Under the pieces are notes generated by a model, which was given only the letters and a program-made list of their open reading frames with translations, had not been told where the DNA came from and searched no databases. Position numbers and translations under genes: made by a program. From the NCBI RefSeq assembly GCF_008831285.2, contig NC_045138.2:18290001-18354000 (forward strand): a stretch of 64,000 nt of DNA, in the 5' to 3' direction. Every line of letters starts with the position of its first letter. Position 1 is the first letter of the stretch. Below, piece by piece: positions 42,093 to 52,299 of this stretch. This DNA is from Nymphaea colorata. Lineage: Eukaryota.

Positions 42093-44754
42093 CATGTAAT
42101 ATCCTAGAATAGCAAGTTATGAGGCGTTTAAGAAACTTGGTGGCTGGCCTTAACATTGAAAATTATAATTAACATATTGATTTATTGTAAGCCACTCTAG
42201 CTGTTAAATGGGTAGGCACGGACTTCAGTCTATTTTTTTTTATGAAAGGATCTATCTGATTTGAGCAATATGTCAGTCAATGAAATGATATAGAATACAT
42301 ATTTTATACCATAGGACGGATGGTTCAATGTAATTGGATTTAATAACATGTAAAGACTTGTAAACCCAGAACTAGTCAAACGAAGTAGATAGTCTCCTTG
42401 TTTTTCAAGGAGAGAAAATGATCCATCTTCAATCGGTGCTTGTATTTTTCATTGCACGCGACTTTTCCCATATGCACTTTTCTGAAGACCTGCCATTTCT
42501 TGATTGTTTTTTTTAATCTATGGATGTAAATATATCTGGTTTGGATCATATATCCGACAGAATTCCAAAAAAATCTAGGATATGATAAAAAATTTAATAT
42601 CCAACTAAGAATAGAATCTGATTTAAGAAATAACATCCAATTTGATATTCAGATTCAGATATACAAAAATATTTGATCGATCAGATTCACATCCGATCAA
42701 TTTATTTTTAAACAAATATTGTATATCCAATGCCCTTACATTTTGAAAGTCAGCATAATTCAGCTTAAAATTCAGACAAGGATTTAGATGTCAATTTAAA
42801 ACCATAATTAAATCAAATTCAGATTGTTTATGGGATTTTGGATTTGGGTATGACTTTTTTTTTCATTTTTATTCAAATTCGAATACGTAAACATCCGAAA
42901 AAATGGATATGGTTAAGAGTATATCCAATTTGAATATAATTTATTAGCATCTTTATCTATCTCTTTGATCATGTCTGGAACTAGATGAAATGAACCACAA
43001 ACCCAATTTCTGTTCAAGAAGGTATTAAATTAAATCTTTTCATATTTGATTCATCTTTGGGACCATACCAAATCTCCAATCTTTAACGTGGATACATAGG
43101 ACAGTAGGTCACAAGCGATTAATTTCATAATCCATTTCGAGTAATTCAAATTTAAAAAAGACAAACTAAAGAAAGAAAAATTCGTGCAATCTACTAATAT
43201 TATAACCAAAATCAACAAGCGAGCGATCACATTCTTCTGTCATCTACTGAATTTTTGATTCGGCATCACAAGCTTTTTCTTCTGGTAGGTTGGGTTTAGT
43301 TATAGGATGAATTAAGCCATTGGACAACACATATTAAGAGAAGGACACTATTCCTTCTTTCCTCTGCTTATTGCCAAAATGGAGAAAAAGGGTGATAAAA
43401 AGTATCATCATATATATGTTGAGAAACTTTTAAAAATTCAGAGACAAAAATTAATCAGGCCATTTAAAACACAACTTTTTTACATTATTAAGAACACACT
43501 TAAGTCTTAAGTAATTAATAAGTAAGCGCATAATTTTCTCCTTTATTATAGCAGAGAAGCCATTCTTAAAGAACTCAACTCTACTAAGCTTCTACTTTAG
43601 CCAACATTCATGGCACTTCACTAAAAAAATAAAAAACAATACCTGAATTTTCCAATACATATTGATTTCTCTTGTATGACCTTCTAACACGAAGAAGACA
43701 TTCACCTACCCAGTTCTGAAATTAATAAAAAGTCACTTATTTGGGTAATTTTTTAAAATAGAACAAAATATTACTATTAAGTACAGCTAAAGAGGATGAT
43801 TGTGCACATTAATCAACATCAAATTTGTTTATGTTGAAGGTGGTTTAGTCGTTTTGCCTCATAATTAATGCAACTTAACTAAGACATAAGTCACATAACC
43901 AAGGCTAATGGACGGCGACTGCGTGTTTTTAATTAATTATATCTCCAAATCTTTATATGTATGGCTTTTAAGACTTCCCAATACATTAAGAAAGTTCCAA
44001 TGTTTGATCAATCTTGCCAAGAAGGTTATGGGACATGCATTCTAGCATCAATACCGTCAACATTAGTATAAGCGGTTCATTTTACAAAGGAAGGGGATAA
44101 TATTAGGCAATATAGTATTAATGTGAATCAGTATATTTTCAACATTTTGTCTTTAAGAATAACTAATGACTAATTTAAAAATATTTAAAACAGGAAAAGG
44201 TTCATATATGGAGCCTCTTCACCCGTTCAAATAGGGATGTCAGTGAACCGAATTTGGATTAGTGGATATAGAATCTAACTGATTTAACTGAACCCGGACT
44301 GTGAATTTAAAAATCAGATCCAGACTTTTTTTTTTTCCCTTCTTATTTGAATTTATAAATGTCTATAAATCAGATATGATGAAGAGTTCATCGCATTTAA
44401 ATTTGACCGGCCATATTTTTTATTTAAAATTAATTAACAAATATTTAAAATTTAATAAAACAGAAAAAACCTTAATTTTCATAGAGTCTATGTTCCGCCA
44501 GCATTGACAGCACTCGCCTGAATAGTCAAAACTTGACCCCGTCCGAAGAAAATTGAAATTAATGATCGAGCTTAATAGTTTAACTACGTACTTTTCGTCC
44601 TGTTTCTAGAATACTGGGACAGAAATGCCAAGTTCTTTCACCAAAAAAGTCTCTCCTGAAGAAGAATGAAATAATTCTCCCATATTTTTCTTGATTAGTC
44701 AAAACGAAGACGGCAGATCCTTGACCATGGCAGTCACGTGGTGTTGCTTTTATA

Positions 44755-45182
44755 GGGCGCTTAATGGTCTTCAATTTTGATTCTAGAATCAGAATTCTAA
44801 GAACAAAATTCCATCTCAAATTAGAATTGAAATGAAAATTATAGTTCTAGTTTCTCTTTTTATGTTTGATAGTCCGGAATTTGGATTTTAGAAGAAAAAA
44901 TGATGTGTTTGATAATACATAAATTAGAATCCTAGAGTTGATGAATTGAAATCATCATAACGTGCACGCACATAAATATGCCCTCAAGAGAGATGATTTT
45001 TTTTTTTAAATTCTGAAAAGAATAATTCCACCCTTAAGGGGGAATCACAATTCCTAAATTTTAATTCGAGAATGAGCCGATAATTTTGGAATCAAAATTC
45101 TTTGTTTGATAATGCAATTCTCATATTAAAAATAAAAATTTAAAATGAAGAATTTCACAGTTCTCCGACTCATCAAACACCC
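44755..45182. mobile_element. Tourist/PIF-Harbinger-like MITE
   Basis: Ends GGGCGCTTAATG / CATCAAACACCC (degenerate TIR) with 3-bp TSD ATA on both sides. An internally deleted copy lies at ~51098-51343. Confidence 0.65.
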
Positions 45183-45357
45183 ATAATCTCATGATCTTCG
45201 CTACCATGTTGTTTTCACTTGTGACGGTTTACAATTCGTATTGCTTGGTGGCTTTCACTGTTGTCCATTACCTACAGTTTTTGTTTTGGTTGTCCATTAA
45301 GGAGGCCATTGAGCACGATGAAATTTCACCCACTCGACGGCTCCCGATCGAACGATG

Positions 45358-45550
45358 CAGAGGGGGAAAGGGGTAGAAACAGAGGGGAAAGGGTAGAAAC
45401 AGAGGGGAAGGACGAGAAGAAGAAGAAGAAGGGATAGAAGAAGGACGAGAAGAAGAAGAAGAAGAAGGGGTAGAAGTAAAAGGGGAAGGGGTAGAAGCAA
45501 AGGGGAAAGGGAGAAGCATAAGGGGAAGAAGAAGAAGAAAGGGTAGAATC
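45358..45550. repeat. Low-complexity purine tract built from GAA and GGGTAGAA units
   Basis: Direct reading; produces spurious Ser/Pro/Leu-rich ORFs. Confidence 0.9.
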
Positions 45551-45902
45551 AAACAGGGCCTCAAATCGAAAGAGAGTTAAATTTCATTTTGTATTTTTTT
45601 TCAAAAAAATTTACCATGGTAAATTTACCACATTAAATTCTACCTTGTAATCGGACGTAACCTTAAGTAGGCGATTGAGCACTATGAATAGCCTTCATAT
45701 AATTCGTGTGCCTGGTATATTTTTGAAAAGTAACTGATATTTATGACTTCCTCAACCTGCAGTGGACCGCCATGACAAAAGTCAGAGCAGACAGGATATT
45801 GCTCGTGGAATGGAACACCAGAAGTTGGGGGAAGTAAACTTCAGTCCGGCATAATAGAAGTTGTGATCAGTAAGAGGCCTCCCAAAGCCCAATGAGATCA
45901 TA

Positions 45903-46283
45903 TTGAGTTCCATCTGTCTTGGAACGGATCTTTATATTATACTGTGTCCCTGAGGCCAAAACAAGAATTTAAAACCAAACAAGATCGAACTCGATTCGGT
46001 CAAGGAACGGGACAAATCACTGATGATCTGAAAGCCGAGATGGAATCGGAAAAATAGCGTCCGGATCGGATGTGTGGAGCCTTCCAGATGATCGTGACAG
46101 GTCTCCTTGATGGTGACGAGTCCGATCCGGACGCGATTTTTCCGATTCCATCTCGGCTTTCAGATCATCAGTGATTTGTCCCGTTCCTTGACCGAATCGG
46201 ATCTTGTTTGGTTTTAAATTCTTGTTTTGGCGTCAGGGACAGAGTATAATATAAAGATCCGTTCCAAGACAGATGGAACTCAA
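45903..46283. repeat. Near-perfect long inverted repeat: arms 45903-46070 and 46121-46283, 50-nt loop
   Basis: Manual reverse-complement alignment gives 3 substitutions and one 5-nt indel over ~165 bp. Confidence 0.97.
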
Positions 46284-47120
46284 CTGAATCGGAAGAGTAT
46301 AAAGATCCGTTCCAACTGATATTATTCTCTCTTAATTTGATGCTCACAACTTGCAAATTTTATTTTATTCTGAGACATGAAGAAGCCTTCCTACATCTCA
46401 CATTAGTAAACTTTTCTTGTACTAGGGTATTTCTTCCCAACTTAAGCATGAACATATCTTTTTATTCGCCAACGTTTGGAATATTTCTATAAATTAATAA
46501 GCTAAGGTATAGACTATATTATTCTGATCATTTTTTGGTTGTTTTTACCAATTCAATCATGTAGATATATGATACATATATCAGATTTTCCGATACATGT
46601 TCCAATATGAAGTTAATTTAGTTATTAATCAGTTTATAGCTTTGTCAATCCATAATATAGTCTATACCTTAGCTTCCATGACGATTTACATTATTCTGTG
46701 GTACGAGTTTGTGAAAAAACTATTTGATGAGTCGCTTGGATGCCATGATTATATATAGAAAAAAATGTTTATTACGAAAACTGGATGTGTACATTAATTA
46801 GATTTTATAAGGTTATTCAAATGAATGGTCATAATTTTTCATCTCACAAATTCCAACTTACACATCTCATTTTCATTATTCTTTTTTTTTTGTTTTTTAA
46901 TCCCATAATTAGACATAACATGAAAAAAAATTCTTTGAAAAGGTTGTCACCCATTTTCTCATGGCTTTTCACATTGATCTTCTTGTTTATAGGAAGTACA
47001 TTTCTCACAAACCGTGAGCAATATCCTGTTATGCCGGACTGAAGTTGGGGGAAGTAAACTTCAGTCCGGCATAATAGAAGTTGGGGGAAGCAAACTTCTT
47101 GCCTAAGACGAACATCAGAA

Positions 47121-47719
47121 AGGTGGAGAACGTCATCTGTGCCTCACTTTTCCGGCAAGAACATGCAGATAATGATCTGCCTGGTGAGCCCATGAAAGAT
47201 CTGGAGCTGTTCGATCGGAAAAGGCTTATTGGTATTCTACAGCAATATTTCGGATATATTGCCACGAAAAGGGTGAAAGGAGCCATGACCTTCATCACAA
47301 AGCCATGGCGCTACACCACAAGCTCATAGTGGCTCATTCCCCGCTCCGGCGCACCTCCGTGATGATGTTCATGCCGGCATAGCTGAATTGAAGCGAGACC
47401 ATGGCGATGCAGCGAGAAAGCAAGACTCACATCGCCATGCGTCGCCATGATCTCGCTTCAATTCGGGTATGCCGGCATGAACATCATTCACGAGGGTGTG
47501 CCTTAACAGGTGAATGAGCCACTATGTGCTACTGGTGTGCCGCCATGCCTTTGCGCCCGCGGCCATGGCTCTTTTCGCCGATTCTCATGGAAAGGTATCA
47601 GAAACATTGCAGTAAAGTACCAACAAGCGTTTTTCAGTCGGACAGTTTGAGATCCGTCGTTGGCTCACCAGGCAGATCGTTCTTTGCATGTTGCGGCCAC
47701 AGATCACACTCTCAACTTG
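47121..47719. repeat. Inverted duplication of the WAT1 5' region: arms ~47121-47410 and 47439-47719
   Basis: Arms are reverse complements: 4 mismatches in the loop-proximal 49 bp, clearly more diverged distally. Confidence 0.93.
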
Positions 47720-47735
47720 TTCCATGAGCAATATC
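47419..47735 (+). pseudogene. Second, inverted WAT1/UMAMIT fragment (exon 1, intron 1, part of exon 2); right arm of an inverted duplication
   Basis: SKTHIAM / AMISLQFGYAGMNII / TRVCLNR / MSHYVLLVCRHAFAPAAMA / LMER followed by gtatc donor; frameshifted. Confidence 0.88.
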
Positions 47736-48164
47736 CATGACCATCTGATCCTTCGTCGATCCAGCGTTTATCCTCAACCGCCTGACAGGTCGAACCTGAT
47801 TGAATTTTAATGTCATTCAAACAAGAAAACGTTTTAATTGTGCAAGGAACAGTGGATCTATTTCTATGAAATAGAAGTTCTCAAATAAAAAAAAAATGCG
47901 TGCAATCATCCACATACAGATTTAATATATATACATCAAATCTTGTATATGGAGGAAGCCTTTATGATGTTGGAAAACAATTTGACCTCCATTGAAAAGC
48001 CAAATGAAAGTCGGCTGCAACGCTCATGAAACAAAAACATCAAACCTCAAGAAAAAATATAAATAAAAAAGAAACTAATGCAGAACGTACCAAAAAAAGT
48101 TAGAGCTTACTGACATTTTCAACAACTTCTTCATCTAGACCTTATTTGATTTTCCATTCAGCAC

Positions 48165-48875
48165 CTGGTTTTGGAATTCCCACCCTTCCCCAACGAGGAG
48201 AGAAGAAAAAGGGAGGTTTTTGGCTGCATTTCAGGAATATACCCTTTGATGGCGAATTTCACCTCAGTGCACAATGGACAGTGACGGGAAGAAAGCCCAA
48301 ATATCTCGAATCTAGTCGAACAGGGGAACTGGATGGGAAAATAATGTGGGGGAAAGTGGGTAGCTGGTGTTTGGTGGTCGTTTCCCTTGTCTATCAGAAA
48401 GAGAGAGAATCGTTGAAGGTTGTAAAAGCCGAAAGAAACAATCACAAGGCAAAGCAAATATTCCCAGAAGCTTTTCCTGCATAAGAATATTCAGGCAGGT
48501 GGATTCAGAATATGAGTTAGCCCCTAGGAATCTGAATCCACCTGCTTGAATCTTCTTATGCAGGAAAAGCTTCTGGTAGTATTTGCTTTGCCTTGTGATT
48601 CTTTCGACTTTTACAACTTTCAACGACTCTCTCTCGTTCTCACGCACAAGGGAAATGACCGGCAAACAGCAGCTACCCACTTTCCCGCACATTATTTTCC
48701 CATCCAGTTCCCCTGTTCAACTAGATGCGAGATATTTGGGCTTTCTTCCCGTCACTGTCCATTGTGCACTGAAGTGACATTCGCCAACAAAGGGTATATT
48801 CCTGAAATGCGGCCAAAAACCTCCCTTCTTCTTTTCCCTCTTCTCTTTGGGGAAGAGTGGGAATTCCAAAACCAG
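48165..48875. repeat. Long inverted repeat: arms 48165-48509 and 48531-48875, 21-nt loop
   Basis: ctggttttggaattcccac...gcaggtggattcaga pairs with tctgaatccacctgc...gtgggaattccaaaaccag. The ORF track shows mirrored peptides on opposite strands (48158-48457 - vs 48546-48950 +). Confidence 0.96.
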
Positions 48876-49818
48876 AGGCCTGTATTTTATAGGGAAACAC
48901 CATTTTCATATGGTAACTATGGATTCAAAAGAATTAAAGTGAAGTCATAGCAAATCAAGAATTTGCAGGTATGAACAAAATGAAACTTTATATGCATACT
49001 TTTTTGGCAGAAGGCTTTTATAGGTGAAATAAATTTTGCTACTTACGATTGATGAAAATGCAGACAATATAGAAGAAATTGAGTGGCATGTAGGAAAAGG
49101 CAGCTTCATTTCTATATTATCTTTGTTGGCTATTGAAGAGATGAGTAGGTGCTTTCTGCTTTTGATTGGTTAAATCTTTGAATCTTGCAAAATATGGTTT
49201 TACAACCTTTTTTTTTTTCCTGCCATTTGTTTCTAGATCCATTTTATCCTCTATATTTGTAATGAGAAGCTTCATTAATTGCCAACTTCGCACTGATGAT
49301 GATGTTGTCTGAAATGGTAAGGCGCAATCTCAACCCCACCGCTCACGCACTCATCGTCTCCTTAGGTACAAAAGATGTGTCCATTCCTCACAGACTACAG
49401 CCTCTTCACCATGTATATCATGATAGTTAGTCATGTTGCTGCTGTTTTTGAGTACTATGGTTGGTTGGATTTGATTGCAGTGGCAATCTCAATGTTCTTA
49501 ATTATTGCTGACAAGATGGTGCTGTGTAAGGAAGAACTCTTCCCCTTATCTCCATTCTTGATCAAGCAAGGGTCAGCCCATTCATACATATATCTATATG
49601 ATGGAAATGTCTGTAGGTCTACGTATATTTTGACTTTTTTTTATTGTAATTCATATTTTTATGCATAAATTGTCTAATTAATAATGAAATTTCAATTTTA
49701 AATAACTTTTTTCTCTTTAATTGATATTTGATATATATATATAAGAACAATTAATGACCAATTTACAGATATTTAAAACAAAAAAAGATGGTTCATATGT
49801 GCAGCTTATAAATTTAAA

Positions 49819-50259
49819 TAGGGATGTCAATGGACCAGACGATTTGGATTCGATGTCTAACCTAACTGCTTCAAAAATGCAACATGTGAATAAATATTTA
49901 CATTTAGTAATTAAGAAATAAGATGAGATGTCGTCCACTCTAATTTGGTTCTAAATAAATATACGATGAAATTCGGTTTTGCATTTGATTTTAAATAAAT
50001 ATCTTATATCCAATCTAAAGTCAGATCTTATGGTTGGATTTGTTTGTATATTTGAAAATTACATCATATTATTTGTGAATTTAAAAGTTAGATCATACTA
50101 AACTCGGACTGCGCATTTAAAAATCGGATTCAAAGTGGTATAAAGTTTTTTTTTCCTTCTTATTTACGTTCGAACACGAATTCAAAAGTATAGATGTCCA
50201 TAAATCAGATCTATGATGAAGTGTACGGCTGATTTGAATTTAACCCATTGGCATATCTA
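49819..50259. mobile_element. hAT-like MITE of a dispersed family (related pieces ~4130-4490, 8640-8830, 10420-10570, 42518-42957, 44232-44420, 58670-58950)
   Basis: TIRs TAGGGATGTCAATGG / CCATTGGCATATCTA, degenerate 8-bp flanks aatttaaa / cattgaaa, recurring GGATT/AATCC/CAGAT motifs. Confidence 0.65.
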
Positions 50260-51348
50260 CATTGAAACCGACTAACGCCACCAAACCTGCCCTGTACCAT
50301 GTTCCTTAAACATATAATGTAAAATTAAATAACAAATATTAAAATTTAATAAGACAAAAAAATCTTAATTTTTCAGGACTCGTTTGATGAATAGGATATT
50401 TCCTGTACCCATGTCAATAAAATTCAAAATTTTGAAAATTTTCTTGCCCATCAAAGTTAGGATGAAAAAAGTAAATGTTGGGTTGGTTTTCAGAAAGTTT
50501 TTTTTCAGAAATTTCTTTCCATTTAAGGGGTGAAAAAAAATTTTCAGGATAAAAAAAAGTTGCCGTTGGATTCTCAAGCAATGCTTAATTCAACTATTTT
50601 GTTTTTTCTTCTTATGGAACTGAGAAATTTATTTCTTGAAACATAAACCCAAATACAACAAACACAAAGAGGTTCTCCAAAATCTTGATTTTGTTTCTAT
50701 TTTTTCAATTCCTGAAATAAGTTTATGAAAATTCTTTTAAACTCTATATTTCCAATGCATCAAAGGGCCCCTTATAGAAACTATATTTGGTCAATATTAA
50801 CAACACCGGCCTAAATAGTCAAATCACTCTTCAGGTGTCAGTCCTCAAAGTTGACCTTCCAGATCTTAAGAAAATTGAAATGATCGAACTCAACAAATCA
50901 ATTACTTGCTTTTCATTCAGATTCTATAATAGAAGGACGGAAATTGCCAAGTTCTTCCCCTTCCATACCTCACAAAAAAGTCTTTCCTACATTTTGATTG
51001 ACGTTTGAAGGATGCAATCTCCCATGTATACTGTTCTTGATTAATTAAAACGAACAGGTATATTCTTTAGCATGGCGGTGACATGCCGATGCTTTTAGGG
51101 GGGCGTATCGAACTTTGATTCTAGAATTAAAATTATAAAAATGAAGCTCTACTTCAAATGTTCCAGTTTCTTTTGTGTTTGACAATCTGAAATTAAATTA
51201 AAATTCTAGAATTGATGAATTAAAACCAACATGCACCCCAAAAAGAAACAAAGAAATTCTAAAATCTATAATAATAATTCCACCCTTAAGGTAGAATCTC
51301 AATTCCAGAATTAATAACGATGCGGACAAATCACAAACACACCTTCTT

Positions 51349-51461
51349 GATGATGTTCATGCCGGCATACCCGAATTGAAGCGAGATCAATGACGACGCA
51401 ACATCGCAATGCGTCGTCATTGATCTCGCTTCAATTCGGGTATGCCGGCATGAACATCATC
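51349..51461. ncRNA. Candidate hairpin/pre-miRNA-like locus: perfect 52-bp stem with a 9-nt loop, derived from WAT1 exon 1
   Basis: 51349-51400 is the exact reverse complement of 51410-51461. The structure is certain; RNA expression is only inferred. Confidence 0.55.
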
Positions 51462-51725
51462 CACTCACGAAGGTGTGTGCCTGAACAGCTGAATGCGCCA
51501 CTATGTGCTAGTGTTGTGCCGCCGGACCGCCGTGCCTTTGCGACCGCAGGCATGGCTCCTTTCGCCGTTCTCGTGGAAAGGTACCAGAAATATTGCAATA
51601 AAGTAGCAATAAGCCTGACAGTTCGAGATCCGCCGTTGGCTCACCAGGCAGATCGTTCTTCGCGTGTTCTTTCATGAGGCCACAGATCACATTCTCAACC
51701 TTCTTCCTGATGTTCGCGTTATTCT
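51410..51725 (+). pseudogene. Third WAT1/UMAMIT fragment (exon 1 to exon 2) in the duplicated copy of the locus
   Basis: ISLQFGYAGMNII..RRAFATAGMAPFAVLVER followed by gtacc, then intron and RPQITFSTF; collinear with 47439-47720. Confidence 0.88.
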
Positions 51726-52299
51726 CTTGTTACACGTCCACATCGTGTTAGGAGAACATTCAAAACCTGCGTCATATCAAGTGGATTAATTATTTCAATC
51801 GTGTCAAATGGTGTTGTAAGAAAAAATATTGTATGTCAGTTGGAATGCTATGAAATTCAGTTTTTTAATTGTTTTCCTAAACCAATGTTTATCCAGATCT
51901 TCATGAGGATATGTTGCTTATTTATAATGTGAGACAAATAACAACACACAGATAAGATGACTAAAATTAAAACAAGATTCAGTTCAATTAATGATCCGTT
52001 CGTCATGCAAGAATGTCAAATAATATAAAAGTAAATAAAGATATAAATTGGAAAACAATTAAGCATGATACGAAATATACGAACACACTACAGTGCTGAC
52101 TTTGTGGATAAATATTTTCAGGGGAGTGGCTTTTAGTTCCATTTAAACAAGAAAATGGTATATTTAGTACTTATATGTGTTTTGATAATTCATTTTTCTT
52201 ATTAAAGACCTTCTCTTTGCTGGCACCATGGAACTGTCATCCAGTAACACGCCCAAGATGAAAAAGAAAGTTTTCATCTTTTACTGGATGGTGGATTGA

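Larger units (their letters stand above)
44720..47438 (-). pseudogene. WAT1-related/UMAMIT (nodulin MtN21, EamA) pseudogene: exon 1 ~47410-47260, exon 2 ~47150-47100, exon 3 ~45878-45758, probable decayed exon 4 ~45270-44720 interrupted by a MITE
   Basis: Minus-strand fragments IAMVSLQFSYAGMNIIT, GMSHY..V, QMTFSTFLMFVLG and PLTDHNFYYAGLKFTSPNF..SNILSALTFVMAVHCR followed by a GT donor. Frameshifts and a stop present. The exon 4 assignment is weak. Confidence 0.85.

Noticed and set aside
45268..45564. Ser/Pro and Leu-rich ORFs resembling a secreted peptide
   Set aside because: Translation of the GAA/GGGTAGAA tract.
45860..45900. Possible spliced exon2-exon3 junction implying a retrocopy of WAT1
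   Set aside because: Intron 1 and the exon 3 donor are retained, so the copy is genomic; the junction reading is ambiguous.
48146..48950. Several 60-134 aa ORFs on both strands
   Set aside because: They mirror each other because of the inverted repeat, have no recognisable domain, and indels between arms break the frames.
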